The notes under the pieces are model-generated. The model worked only from the letters and a program-made list of their open reading frames with translations, did not search any database and was not told where the DNA came from. A stretch of 63,429 nucleotides of DNA, filler included, from Welwitschia mirabilis (lineage: Eukaryota): the NCBI GenBank assembly GCA_051453625.1. It is 5 parts of one record of this genome, joined end to end, with 100 filler letters (N's around TTAATTAATTAA, not from the genome) between each part and the next. Parts side by side here need not be neighbours in the genome. Positions count along the whole stretch, not along the records: positions 1 to 22,893 come from JBOZIK010000001.1; 4 more parts are not named here. One strand, given 5' to 3'. Each line of letters starts with the position of its first letter. The stretch's first letter is position 1. The position numbers and the translations under genes were made by a program. This document shows, one piece after another, positions 1 through 13,492 of the stretch.

Positions 1-3000
1 ACCTACATGTCTAAGGAAAGATCTAACTTATTTGACATTTGTTGGAGGGTTAATATTTTTAATGATATTTACTTTTATGGGGTCCATCTTAATCCCTTTA
101 TTTGAAATGTGATAATCCAAAACAATTCCAGGTTAAACAAAGATAAAACTCTTTTCCCAACTCAAGTGCAACCCACTTTTAATACATTTATTAAGAACTT
201 TTTCTAATCTTAGCATAATTTATTCAAAAATATCACTAAAGATAGAAAAATCATCTATAAATATTTCTATAGAGTCTTCTATCATATCAGAAAATATTCC
301 CATAATGGCTCATTAGAAAGTTTTAGGGGCATTACAAAGTCCAAATAGCATTCATTTGAAAGCAAAGGTTCCAAAGGGAGATGTGAATGCAGTTTTATCT
401 TGGTCCTTACTTACTATGCAAATTTGATCATAATCACTATATCCATCAAGAAAATAATAATAAACATGACCTTGAATTCTATCAAGAACTTAATCAAGAA
501 AAGGTAAAGGACAATGATCCTTTTTGATGACCTCATTGAGTTTTCTAAAGTCAATGCACATTCTCCATTTTCCTTACTTTTTTGGCACTACTCTTAAAGG
601 ACTAACCCACTCACTATCTGCTATGGCGTAAATAATTTTATCATCCATAAGTTCAATGATTTCTCTTTAACAATTTGTTTAAGGGCTAGATGTAGTCTTC
701 TTTGGGTTTACCTAATAGGTTTAGCATTGTCCTCAAGATAGATTTTATATTGAACTATGAAAAGAGGAATGGCATCTAAGTCTTTATGTGTCCAAGAAAA
801 GACATTTTCCTTTGATTATAATAGAGACATCAAATCCAATTCTTATTGAGGAGTAAAAATGTCACTGATTATTAGAGGTTTCATTATTTTCAGACTGAAA
901 TATATATTTTAGACATTTGGGTAATTAATTGAGCTCACAAGTGTTAAGTTGGACTATCGTCCTATCTATCATGGGAATGACAGGTAGAGGAAGACATTTT
1001 TCAAAAAGTTTTTCTATTGAATACAGATGTTGGATTTCTTCCTTATCCTCAAGAACTTCATTCTTAGATTCAAAATAATCTATTCTAGTTGGATCATCAT
1101 ATAAAATTGGCTCATGTAGCATAATTAATATTTCTTCTAAGGGTCAATGTTGTAAAAATAAAGTTGGTCTCAAATCATATTCAACGTTAAAATTAGTTTC
1201 TATGTATTTGTTAGTAGCATTAAAGACCCTAATGGTAATTTCTTTATTGTCAAAGTGATATCTCATCATTCCATATTAAGTGTCAATGATACAATGAGCT
1301 ATAGTGCAAAAGGCTATTCTTAGAAGTAGTGGATATGCTCCATCATGATCTATTTAAATTATAACAACATCAGTGGGATAAAAGGATTCCTCAATTTGGA
1401 TGACTAGATCCTTAATGATTCCTAATGATTTCTTAATTGAGGTGTCAGCTATTTTTAGAATAATAGGTATAGGTTCAACTTTGCTTTCTAAACCAAGCCT
1501 TTTGCATATATGAGAAAACATAATGTTTACACTTTCACCTATGTCAATCGAAGCATTTTTAATTTTTTTATTTTCATTTAAGATAACACTAACAGTTGTA
1601 GCCTCAGGATCTTTGAATTTAGGACATTTTTTCATCACTAAGTTGAAAAGAGATTGGGTGAGAAAGAATTTACTTAGAATGATACGTTTTTATTTTCTTC
1701 TCAATAAGTCCTTCCATAACTTAGAATATTTGCGGTTTTCTTGTAAGAGTTTCCAAAAGGGAAGGTTAATGTTGACTTCTTGCATCAAGGATTTTAAGTG
1801 TTCATCAAATGTAAGATTTGTGTTCAATCTATCAAGCCAAGAAGTTGATGGTCTCTTTTCTTTATCCTCTTTTAAATTATATTTGGTAGAGGATTTAGTA
1901 AATGATGTGGAAGAAAGGTTTTAAGAATCTAGGATTTCTACATCATCTTCCCAATTTCTTTGTTTTGTTTAGAAGTTGGAACCTTATGGGTAGGAGGTAT
2001 TATGTCTTTCCCACTTCTTGTTACAATCTTTAAGTCTTTCTTAACTTTGTTTGAGTTAGGTATTGGTTGAAAAGTAAGAGACCCTTATGATCTTTGGTTA
2101 GCAAGCATTGTTTGTTGAAGCACATTCACTAAGTTCTTAATGTTGCTATTGGTTTTCTCTTACACCTTTCTAATTTTTTTAATGGGTTCTCTAAGGGGAT
2201 CATTTAGATTTTGTTGAGAGTATGGTTGAAAATTGGAATTTTTAAATCTATTCTCAAATGGTTTTCACTGGGGTTGCCCATTTGGTCTTTGTTAAAATGG
2301 TGGCTGGATCTTAAAGTTAGAAGTTCTTTGGTTGAAAGTACAAACCTATTCAAATATTTATTCCTTGCAAGTTGGTAATAAGAGATACTAGGGTCATTTT
2401 TATAAAACTTTGCATCAACTATCATTTGCGTATACTTCTATAAAGTAGTAGTGAAATCTTTCATTAAGTTAGTTGAAATCTCCCTTTTTTTCCCTTGTTA
2501 TGTTTTACCTTTTTTAATTCTTTTAAAATTTATCCTATAGTACGATTTTACTTAGTGACTTTAGGCCAAGTTTGACTGATTTCCACTAAATTTTCTAGCA
2601 CACTCCAAGCATCATCTAAAATTAAGTTCAACAAACTTCCTCTATAAGAAAAGTCCATACGTTATTTAGTTGAAGCATTCCGTCTGCTATAAAAATAATC
2701 TACTAGTTCTTCCTTATGAAATTTATTCATAGGGTTTGAATGAATAGAAATTGTAAAACATTCATACATAGTTGCATAATCTTCATGAGGTTGTTGTTGG
2801 AAGTTGGTAACTTCTTTTCTTCCCTTCCTCATAGTACATTTACTCAAAAATCATTTAATGAAAACTTCTTACAGTGGAATCGATGATTTAAGACTTTTAT
2901 GCAGGATGATTTTTAGCCAAATTTTTGCCCTACCTATAAGGGTAACTAGAAAAATAATCATATATGTATGATTACTAATACGTTTTTTTCTATTTCCAGA

Positions 3001-3495
3001 TGTAAGAACAAGTTGTTCTATATCAGCTAGATGTTGAAAAGGATCTTCTTCTGGTTCCCCCAAAAAGATTGGGTATGCACTTAAATTTCTTAATTCTACA
3101 TCATCTCTAAGAGGTAAATTGAAAGGATTTTAAATTTTGCATTTTCTATTAGCAATTAAATCCCTAAGCATAATGTTCACATTCGAAGAAGAAGTTCCTA
3201 TTACAATTGGAGCGTTATAAGAATCTACTTGCTTTTATTTTTGTAACACTTTTGAAATATTTGGCATTTTTGAAGAAATAATACAATTGCCTTCTACACT
3301 ATATTTTTCTTTTGTAAATTTAGATTCAAAACAAATAAAAGCAAAAAAATCTTCTTCTTCAATTCTAGAAATTTGCATACCTAGGGTGTGCATACCTGGA
3401 TTTAATTCAAAGTCGATCAATCCTTCTTTGATATTTTATTTAATTAGGTTCTATTCTCTCTAATATTTCATCTTTTTACCAGTATTTATCATATC
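1..3495 (-). pseudogene. gag-pol: Degenerate gag-pol of element A (gag ~2200-3495, aspartic protease ~1200-1640, RT 1-~800)
   Basis: ORF fragments GEPEEDPFQHL (gag) and KFKDPEATTVSV...SIDIGESVNIM...LKIADTSIKKSLGIIKDLVIQI (protease). RT catalytic region reads IEIFIDDFSIF at ~245-275. Many stops and frameshifts. Confidence 0.9.
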
Positions 3496-3934
3496 CCTGT
3501 ATGCTCAAATAACTAATAGAATGGAGAAATCAAAAATAGCAACCATCATTCATCTGATCATGGAGACGATAGCCAAGATGATGATCACAGCAAATAGAAA
3601 ATCCGAAATTACAAAAACTTTAAAAAACAAAAAACTGTCATCTAGATGTATCATAGGGACAACAGAAAAGATAATAGAAATTTATTTTATGGAAAAGAAA
3701 ATGTGAGAATATGGAAATGCAAAAAAGTTTTTAGACTATCATTGTATTAGGTCATGGGGATGACAGGAAAGATGACATAGAAACAAAAAGAAAATGCAAA
3801 ATTTCAAGTTATAGAAATAAACCTATTTTAACCTAGGATAGAAAAGTATAGTACTAATTCAAAATAGATAACTTCAGTAGAAAGATTCAACATACTTACT
3901 TGATTAGTGACAATCCTCTTAGCTCCTTGTGGCC

Positions 3935-3956
3935 TTCCTCGGTAATGGCATTAAAA
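3935..3956 (-). promoter_or_regulatory. Primer binding site of element A (degenerate tRNA-Asp type)
   Basis: Minus strand TTTTAATGCCATTACCGAGGAA abuts the LTR end ...CACAACA. It matches the Athila-type TGGCGCCGTTGCCGGGGA with transition changes. Confidence 0.8.
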
Positions 3957-5334
3957 TGTTGTGATGTAAATTTATATAATCTGAAAACCCTTTAGATAAG
4001 CTGTAAATCATGTAAATTATAGAAAACACACTCTAGTATAAATGGAAGTTCACCCAAATATCATAATCCAATGAAGGCACTAGGATTAGAGTTACAGAAT
4101 TATTTTTCCAATGTATTTTAGTTCTTTTTTCTTTATAAAAACTAAAAGGAAATAACTTAAGTAAATGTAATGCTTAAATAGAAATAAAATGCAAGTGAAT
4201 AGGAATGAAATGAAAATGTAATAGAAATGGGAGTGAAAATAGATCCTACTTAGATTTTAGTTTTTCTATTGCAAATACTACTTCTCTATAAATTATATCA
4301 AAGAAGAAGAGTGTTCACTAGTTTTTAATCATTATAAATTATGAGATCTACCCAAGTAAGACTTAAAATGGAATATGAAAAGAAAGAAATAAACAATGCA
4401 AATCTATTCTACTAAACAAGTTCAACATTAATAAAGGTTGCCCTTATGATCTAAATAAATCAAAGCTTGTCACTAACTAAGACCAACTTAAATCATAAGG
4501 GAGATGCACAATAATGAGATGAAGAAAGAAATTGTATTAATACAATGAAATCAAAACAACATCTACTTATAACATAAGAAAAATAGCACCTCAATGAGAG
4601 GGACATAGCCTAACACCAAAGAGACTCCTTTCTGTAGTATGGGATGGACCTCTCACCCTTTAAGATTCTATCATAAGTATCTAGTACAAAAAATGGGATG
4701 GAAATAAAGGAAGGGAAGGGTATTTATAGATTTTCCATTGAGGAAATTGGAGTTAACCCTAAAGGCAAGAGACAAAAATCCTAGTGACTCACATGAGTTG
4801 TTTAACCCCATTTACAACAAAATTTATTACTACAATGTAAAAACAATTACTGTCCTATCTATTATCCACATGACAGAGAGGATGACATCACCTTAATAGC
4901 TTTAGATTATGTGCCATGTGTGGTCATCAGTCCCATGGATTGCCTGCACATAGTCCCAATACCATCATCTTATATGTCATTTGGACAAATATGTAGGTGA
5001 CATCCTATCACCATGTGCTACTATCGGTGCCGCAGGATTTTGTCCACATCAGCAGTCTAGTCATCTTGGATGTCATGAGGACGAAGGAGGGGACAAATCC
5101 CTTCTTTTCCTCTTTTATCCAAGGTAAATCAGTCTTTGTATTATAAAGTCCTTCCTCCAATCCTGTAGTATCAAAATAAGACTGAAAAACTGCTAATAAT
5201 GCCAAATATCATCTGTTTTGCTAATTATTATATTAAATACTTATAGTGATCAGTATTGCATCAAAACCTATATGAATGTCTTGCAAAAGTACTCAAAATA
5301 CACCATCAAATTCACAAAAATTTGCATTGCAAGA
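3957..5334 (-). repeat. 5' LTR of element A (~1.38 kb)
   Basis: Plus strand starts TGTTGTGATG and ends TTTGCATTGCAAGA, matching the termini of the B LTRs. Colinear with 43943-45306. Confidence 0.88.
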
Positions 5335-5339
5335 ATAAA

Positions 5340-6020
5340 TCAATATGTTTATTTTCTTATGGATTCTCATTATTGGATGAAAAAGGATTAAATGTATGGT
5401 AATCTTACCTAATTTAAATTTAGGAGGATACATATTTTTAGTAGTCATACAAAAATTCTAAAAGGGATTTTTATTGTTTAAGAAATGTAAAAAAAACTCC
5501 TATTTGAAGAATCTATAAAAGTAACATTTTATTCCATTCAAATATTCTTCTATGGCTAAGTATTTGTTATGATGAATCATAAGGAAGATCTTCTACCTTT
5601 TGTAAATTTAGGTTATTCTAATCCTATTGATCTAAATCACTAAATGGAGATTTTACAATATTAATTTGCATAAGGATAAATCTTAACAATATGACTAGTA
5701 AAGGGAAATATGCAATCTCCAACAATCAAGCATTACATCATCATTCAAAATCTTTATAATGTTATTAACAAATCTAGCTAGTACAATTAGTAGTTAAACT
5801 TATAGAAGTGATTTATTATGCTCTAATTGTGCTTCATGTGAAATTCTATCCTTGTTCATTAACTAAATAACTACTCTTAGAATTTTTATGTTGTATATCA
5901 ATGTCAAATTTATCATTATCAAGCTAAAATCTCACTTAATTCATGTAAGCAAGCTTTTTTGTTCATGAATCTTTCTAAGATCTATAACATTCTTATAAAG
6001 GATACCTATACAATTCTTCT
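5340..6020 (-). pseudogene. Highly decayed Ty3/gypsy (Tat/Ogre-like) integrase relic flanking element A
   Basis: Frameshifted minus-strand translation gives remnants resembling EQG..LHEAH..., C.AC and a WGLD..GP..KG-like block. Read by eye and weak. Confidence 0.35.
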
Positions 6021-8799
6021 GTCACATAGCTTTTATATTTTAAGTTCTCTACCCTTAACCAACATCAAAGTTATAATCACATGAGGTAAGAAAGGATTCA
6101 TAGGTCTTTTTATTTGGATTTGAAAATACTTTAGAGAAGAATTCACATATTTAGGAAGAATGTTAGCTATAATACTAGATTTATGTCTTTCTCTATGTTT
6201 TAAGTCTTTACTTCTCTGTAGTATCTTTAAATGTGATAAAGATAGATCCCTTCACTCTCTATGATAAATCATAGGTAAATGCTTTAATAAGTAACATTTA
6301 ATTTGTAAATTAATTAGATGTTAGAAGACATTTCTCATTTTTTTAGTTGGATAATATGCATAGGGGTACCATTTTAGCATAGTTTTCCTAGTAAACTAGA
6401 AATCAGAAATCTCTTTATAGTGGATAATGTGGTAAATGCACTATTTGTAATTAATATCATACTTAGTTTATTTGTAGTATTCATTAATGAAGAATTCAAG
6501 TCATGGTCAATGACCCCAAACAAATAACACTTAAGTAAATCCTCTAATAAATCATTATTAGATTGAGCCTTCTTATTTTAATAATAATTTTTAGATTTTT
6601 CATTGGAACTTCACATTTATTAATTCTATTTTCATAAGTAAGGAATGGTTTTACAAGTATCTTTTCATTTGTTTTATTTTTAATATCACTTCTATAATTC
6701 CATTTTAAGTCTCTAGTTATTTTTTTCTAAGAAATTTAGATTAGATATTTCATATAGTTTACTCAACATGCTCAAACTTTTGCATCTCTATAGAGTAAAG
6801 GCTCTTTTTATAAAGCACACAAAAATTAAAAAGCATGTTTATTTATGTAATTTTCAAATTCATAATTATTTTTATTAGTTATCATAAACTCAAATTAAAT
6901 TTAATAGAAGCTTAAAAAAGACATTAGGTTTAATTACTTCTAGGTATCTTGTGTAAGACTAGTGTATGTAAGTTTCATTTTATAGTTGCCTCAAACTTAG
7001 AAAACATTATTCATCATCTTTCTTCTCTTTTCTTAAAATAAATTTTCAAAAATATGCATTCTAAAGTGTTTTAAACATTAAATGATATATTTCACTTAAA
7101 ATAAAACGTTGTTAAGCTTTATTTGCATTAACAATTATCAAGAAATCATATTCAAGAGGCCTATATAATGATAAAGATTATAGGATAATACTTAGCTAAA
7201 TAGTAACTTCATGGTACTCCTTTAGGCCATAATATTTGTAGTCCATTATACTAGATGCAAGTACTATCTGATGTTAGATTGTTATCTAATTAAAAAAAGG
7301 ACTTGAATTGCTTTCATATATTTCTTCTAATTTGAGAGCCTCTAGATCCACTATATAACTTATATATATTGGTCAATTACAACTTTGAGTATTATTGGAT
7401 ACCGAAAAATCCATGTGGTCAATTCTATGAAAATGATTTTTGACATATCTTATATGCTCTTCAACTAGGGATTGACAGCATACTTGATTCGAAACATGAC
7501 GAATCTGATTGTGGAATGTGTGAGCAGACCCATCTACTTTGTAAATTTGGAATTGATAAATCAACATTATTTAATGCTCTAGCTTAATATTAAATTTCAT
7601 GAGAATTAAAAATTCTATTATTAATTTAATATTACATATATATTAAAACTTATTTTTTTCCTCTATAGAGGACACATACATTTTTGTTTAGATCAACCCA
7701 AATAATTTAGTTATGTTGAGTTCCTTATATATTGAGGACATTTTGTGAATGCATACTTTCTTTCTAATCATTCAAATGCATGGAGGAAAAGGTCTTTGAT
7801 TAGAAACAACAACAACAAAGACATTTAAACTTAAGTATTTGGATGAATGAGAAATATAAGAGGACACCTAAACTTACATGCTATGGAAATCTATTTATGA
7901 AAGAGAGAGGACTCTTTTGTTAGAGAACAATAAGACTCTTATACCTTCAAAGAAATGATTCAACTTTGAAGAAGATTTCTCCCATCTACCTCACTTAATC
8001 TATAGGTAAGTAATTAAAGAAGGAGAAACAATTGTTAGAATAACACAAGTATAACTTTCTATAGGTACTACTTTTTCTACTCTTATGATATCCCTTTTAC
8101 ATGTATTAACTTATCCACCATGATATTTTTACTCTAATAGCTACATTTGAGATTTTATTTACTAAGCTAAAGATATACATTCAAGTTGAGCTAGCTGAAA
8201 ACTAATGACTGTAATGCACATAGTATTAAAACACTATAGTATATCCTCCAGTGAATTCATGACTATTTATTTAAATGAGATTTTATTTCAATATTTTATC
8301 CTCATTGGTAATATTAATAAATTACTTGAGACTTTAGTTAAAAAATGAAAATTTTATAATAATACTATAAGTTCCTTTAAGAAAGAAAGGTACTAATTAT
8401 TTTTTTCTAATACATTACTAATAGTTTTTCTCACTTACAAACATTTATTATGCTACCAGAGTGTTTCTCATACTACACGTTGGCCTTTTAGTATCTATAG
8501 TTAGTTTCACATTTACATCAGAATCAATAACAAATAAGGGGTTAGCTCTAAGTAAAAAAGGGAAATAATGGCATCATAGCAAGCTAGCGATCATGGCAAA
8601 TTAAAGAATACTGTAAAGCTAATATTTAACATAGGAATCAATTAAAGATAGTAGAAATGAGAATATTTGGAAGGGCAATAAGACCATAGAAAGAAGATGT
8701 TATTGCAAGAAAGAAAAGCATATTGTAGAGGGCTAAGGGCATAGAGTATCTGGCAAGTGAATGTAGGTTCTATCTATTAGTGATTAATCCTTTTTTAAA

Positions 8800-9170
8800 A
8801 TTAAAATAAGACCATTTAAGGCATTTGTGAAAAAAATGCCTTAAAAGGCCTTTTAGGAACTTCTATGAGAAGTGAATTAAAAGGATTATTTTAAGGTATT
8901 CTTAGGATAAATGCCTTAGGCCATATTTTAAGGAATTTATTCTAAAACACCTTAAAATACCTTTTAAGGAATTTCTATGACAATCATCTCAAAGGACTTT
9001 TAAGGCATTTTTATTAAAACGCTTTAGAAATGCCTTATAGGCCTATAAGATTTTAAAATCAGGCCTTTTAAGGCATTTTTTGAAGAAATGCATTACAAGA
9101 TTTTATGGCATTTTTTAAGGCCTTTTAAGCCATTTTCAAAATGCATTAAAATCTTATATTTCTAATAGCA
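8800..9170. mobile_element. CACTA-like DNA transposon terminal region (subterminal repeat cluster)
   Basis: About 15 direct and inverted copies of TTTTAAGGCATTT / AAATGCCTTAAAA. The cluster ends in ATTTCTAATAGCA, a plausible decayed ...TAGTG terminal repeat. Confidence 0.6.
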
Positions 9171-9760
9171 GGATGGGTTTGTTTAAAAGTGATATAAACA
9201 AATGTCAATATTGATCAATTACAAGTTGAATGAACTTTGTATAAATGTGATATGAACATAGGAATGACAATGACAAGATTGATTTAATAAGTAGAAGTGA
9301 CATTAACATATGAGTGACTATGATAAGATTAATAAATAGGCAGTTGTAAGAGCTTGTGTAAGAAGTGAAAGTGATGTACAAATGTCAAAAGGAATATTGT
9401 TTATAACTTATGCACCTAATTTGAGTGAGTCATTTTCTTTCTTTAATTAACAAGATCAATTACATGCATTATTTCCTCATGCCAGTTCCTTCTTAATCCT
9501 TCAGCTCATAATCAATCCAAAACATATTTAAAATGCATCAAAAGAATAAATGCATTAACTTTAAATTGCCATGTGACATAATAAGTAAAATAATATTTTA
9601 TGCATAGATTTCTCTCATAAACATCAATAAGGATAAAAGTCTTGATAAAACAAATTCTAATCATTTATACTTTTTGATTTATGAATAAGAGTGCATGTCC
9701 TTATTCACATGTTTACACTCTTCATGATTCATCACATTAACAACACAAACTACAAGGAAT

Positions 9761-9860
9761 AAATGTCATAATTAAATGTAAGGGAAATGTCATAATTAAA
9801 TGTAAGAAAAATGTTATAATGTAATGTAAGAAAATGTCATATTTTAATGTCAGAAATTTT
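9761..9860. repeat. Minisatellite, ~24-bp unit x ~4
   Basis: AAATGTCATAATTAAATGTAAG(G/A) repeated in tandem with progressive decay. Confidence 0.75.
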
Positions 9861-10411
9861 ATAATTGAACATAATACTCTTTTTACATTTTTCTTAAACA
9901 TTATACTCTTACTTTCACTTAGTTATTATTCTTTCACTTGTACCAAGTAATTTTAGTTTTTACTTATTTTCAAATTTGATTAAGATAGATGGATAAATGA
10001 TTAAAATAAACATGTTACATGCCATTTATTTAGACATTTAATTATTATTTTACACCTTTACATGATTTTTTTCATTTAACTAGTTAACTATAAAAATGAC
10101 TTATCTTATCATAAATAAATTTTTTTTAGTAATAAAATTCTTCTAATTATTATTATTTAAAATAATGAAATAATAAATTTATCTAATAATAGGATTAATT
10201 AATTAAGTGACTTTATGAGTATTTATGATTCAAAATGTATTTTTGGCATAGGAAATATAATTTATTATTAATTATTAGGCTACACATTAATTTTCATTAA
10301 AAAATGATTTTTATTAAAATTTGATATCAAAATGCATTACATAATTTAGATACTCTTCTAATCATGTCATTACATTTACTAATTAAAGATTACAAAATGT
10401 GGAATATAACA

Positions 10412-13400
10412 TACTTCCCTGCTTAAAAATAATTTACTATTAGAAATTAAAGTACATAATGATTTGAGAGTGTAGTATTAGATATTATGGAATTCAAAAA
10501 GCTTGGGTATTAATTTTTTATTGATTCTTTTAGATTCAAAGTAGCTTTTTTAGGAATATAATTACTTCATTTTATCTTTGCTTGGTGGATTTCCTTATTT
10601 TATAAAGTGATATTTTATTAGTCCAATACTTCTTTTGGCTCCTTTATGGTTGAACAATCTAGCTCCACCTAAATATGAGACCCATTTAACACATGAGAAG
10701 GATCTAAAATATACTTCCTTAGCATATTTAAATGAAAAACACTATGCATGTGTAATAATTAGGGAGGGAAAGCAAGTTTGTATGCAATAGGTTCAACATG
10801 TTCTAATATCTAAAATAGTTTAATAAATATAGGGTTTTATTTTGATATTTTAATTTCTTGCATAATGGATTTCATTGATGACACCTTAAGAAAAACATAA
10901 TAATCTACTTGGAATACAAGGTATTTTATTTAATGAACTACATACATATTTTACCTATTTTCTACTTTCTTTAGACTATTATTAATGGTTTTCATCTTAT
11001 TTTATATTTCTTGTAATATTTTTAGTCTTATCATTTATATTTCCTCATGTTCTATCCATGTAGTAGATTCTCTGCATTTCCTATCATATAGAGCTTTAAA
11101 TGGAATCATTTGAATAGAACTTTGATAACTATTAGTATATGCAAATTCCACTAATAGTAGGTATTCTCTCTAATTCTTAGGCTTATCAAGAACATCTTCT
11201 TGAATAATATATTTTAGGATTTAATTAACTCTAAGTATTAGGTTGGTTAAGAACACATTCTCATATTTAACTTTATTCTTAAATATAATTATAGTTCTTA
11301 CTAAATTTTAAAGGTAATTTTTAAATATCTATTATAAATATTTACTAAGAGGATACCATACAAATAAATAACATTCTAGATGTATACTTTTGCTATATCC
11401 TTGGTACTATAAGTAAAATTTATTAGAATTAAGTGTGTTAACTTTGTTTCTCTATCAATCATAGCTATGATCGAATCATATCAGAAGCTCTAATATAAAA
11501 TCCATACAAACACCCCATTTATACTCTAGAACATTATGAGAATAAGCTAGTTCTACTAAATTCCTACATTCTACCTTAACTTACTAATAATTTACACAAT
11601 TTAATATAAATTTTGGTATATGATTTTTTATCCTTCATGACCAAAATTTTTGCTTCATATTTTGATACATTTTTCACTCTTCTAAGATGACTTGATATTA
11701 GTGGATTATAAAATTCAAACATTAGATCTTATCCAATATTATGTATATTAGGAATTAAGAAAATCCCCTTAAATTTAGTAATGCCTTTTGAATTAATACT
11801 AAAGTTTTTAAAAACTATTAATTTTTCTAATTAATCCTTTAAATTTTACTAATTTTTATCTTTTTTTTGATCATGTACAAAAATATCAAATATCTAACTT
11901 TGAATTTTTATGATTATTTTAAGATAGTCACATCTACTAAAGGCATCTGCAACTTTATTTCCTTTTCCCTTATGATATAAAATTTCAAGATTAAAATCAC
12001 ATAGAAATTTCATCCATTTTATTTGCCTAAGATTCAAGTTTGATTAAGTCAAAAGTTCTTTTAATCTTTTATAATTAGTTTAAGCTTGAAATTTAATACT
12101 AGAGAGATAATGCTTTCATAACTGAGGTACCCTTTTTAGATACTACATAACCTAAGAACTAAATAAATTCCTTCTAAAAAGAATATTTTTCCATGTTAAC
12201 ATATATTTAATAATGTTTTAAAGTATGTAAGACTATTATCAAGTGTTTCTCATGTTCCTCATATGACTTAGGATAAATGAGAATGTTATTAATTAATACA
12301 ATTACAAAGGAATCAAAATATTACTAAACATATAGTTCATAAGACTCATAAATACTGTAGGGGAATTAATAAAATTAAAAGCGAGATGATTGTAAAATTA
12401 TAATATCCATAGTGAGTTGAAAGGTATTTTTTAAACACCTTTTTCCTTAATTTAAGCTTAATGATATCTTAATTTTAAATTAACTTTGGAAAATACATTA
12501 TCTTTCTTGAGTTGATAAAAGAAGTCATCTATCCTTGGTAATAGATACTTATTATTAATTATAGTTTTATTTAATTATCTTAATTAATAAATAACCTAAG
12601 TATTCCGTCCTTTTTAATTTCAAATAAAATTGATGCATCTCATGACAATAGAATAAGATGAATAAAAGATTTTTATAGAAGTTGTTCAATCTAAATTTTT
12701 AATTCTTTCATTTCTACAGAAGACATTTTATACAATGACTTGGAAATAGGTTGAGTTCTTAGAATTAAATTAATAGTAAACTCAAATTATCAAATAGGTG
12801 GTATTCTTGGTAATTTTGTTGTAAATACATTAAGATAATTTTGTATTATTAGTACATTCCCTATTAAAGTTTTTCGTTCCATTCTGTAAGCTAATTTTAG
12901 ATAAAGCATATACACTAATTATTCTTTCTTAATTTTTCTCTTTATATGCTTGGATTTAATCAAGCTATCCATAGCTAATTTAGATTAATCTTGAAAGGTT
13001 GTTTTTTGATTATGATTTATTGTCTCTACTTGTTGCTTCTCACGATTATAACTACCTTATTTTGCATTAATAAATTCATGCCTAAGATAATAACATATTT
13101 TCTTATATTGATAACAATTAGTTGAATGTGAAAATATCTACCACTTATAGATAAAATATAATTTTGAACTTATTGATTAAACTTAGTGACCTATTTATAG
13201 GATCTATACATCCCCCAATTAGAGTACAACATAAATTTTATCTTAGAATAACTCTATGAGATAAAAAGCAAGGAGTAACTCTACAATTAAATAAAATAAT
13301 TATTTATATATTATTAAGTAAAGATTTACCTCTTATGACCAAGCTCTGAAATTTTAAACCTTAATTATCTATTACTGCTTAAAGTCATCTAATTGGTTAC

Positions 13401-13492
13401 TAAATGGTATGTGATCCTTGAGGATTTTTTGATTATTATCTAAACTGGCTTAATTGACATTCTTTAATTTGTATTTTTCCACATATTTAACA
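10412..13492 (-). pseudogene. pol: Degenerate chromovirus (Tekay/Del-like) gag-end and pol with 3' PPT
   Basis: Minus-strand remnants: C.ICGK...ECQ knuckle (~13450-13492), LFDSGATHSF-like protease (~13260-13300), DFNLEILYHKGKGNKVADAFS RNase H end (~11935-12000), LVEFAYNNS-like integrase (~11130-11160) and MLRKYILDPSHVL (~10690-10730). The plus strand at 10412 (TACTTCCCTGCTTAAAAATAATTT) is the typical Tekay PPT junction. Confidence 0.8.

Larger units (their letters stand above)
1..5334 (-). mobile_element. Ty3/gypsy Athila-like LTR retrotransposon, element A (5' half; runs off the window start)
   Basis: Minus-strand order is LTR (3957-5334), PBS, gag, protease, RT. The LTR is homologous to those at 34592, 43943 and 55468. 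The PBS is of the Athila tRNA-Asp type. Confidence 0.92.

Noticed and set aside
1523..1924. 133-aa plus-strand ORF (and its homologue at 41538-41795)
   Set aside because: Antisense shadow of the gag-protease frame, with no independent coding signal.
13341..13352. AAGCTCTGA as a possible iMet PBS
   Set aside because: Lacks the TACCA part and lies within the gag-protease coding remnant.
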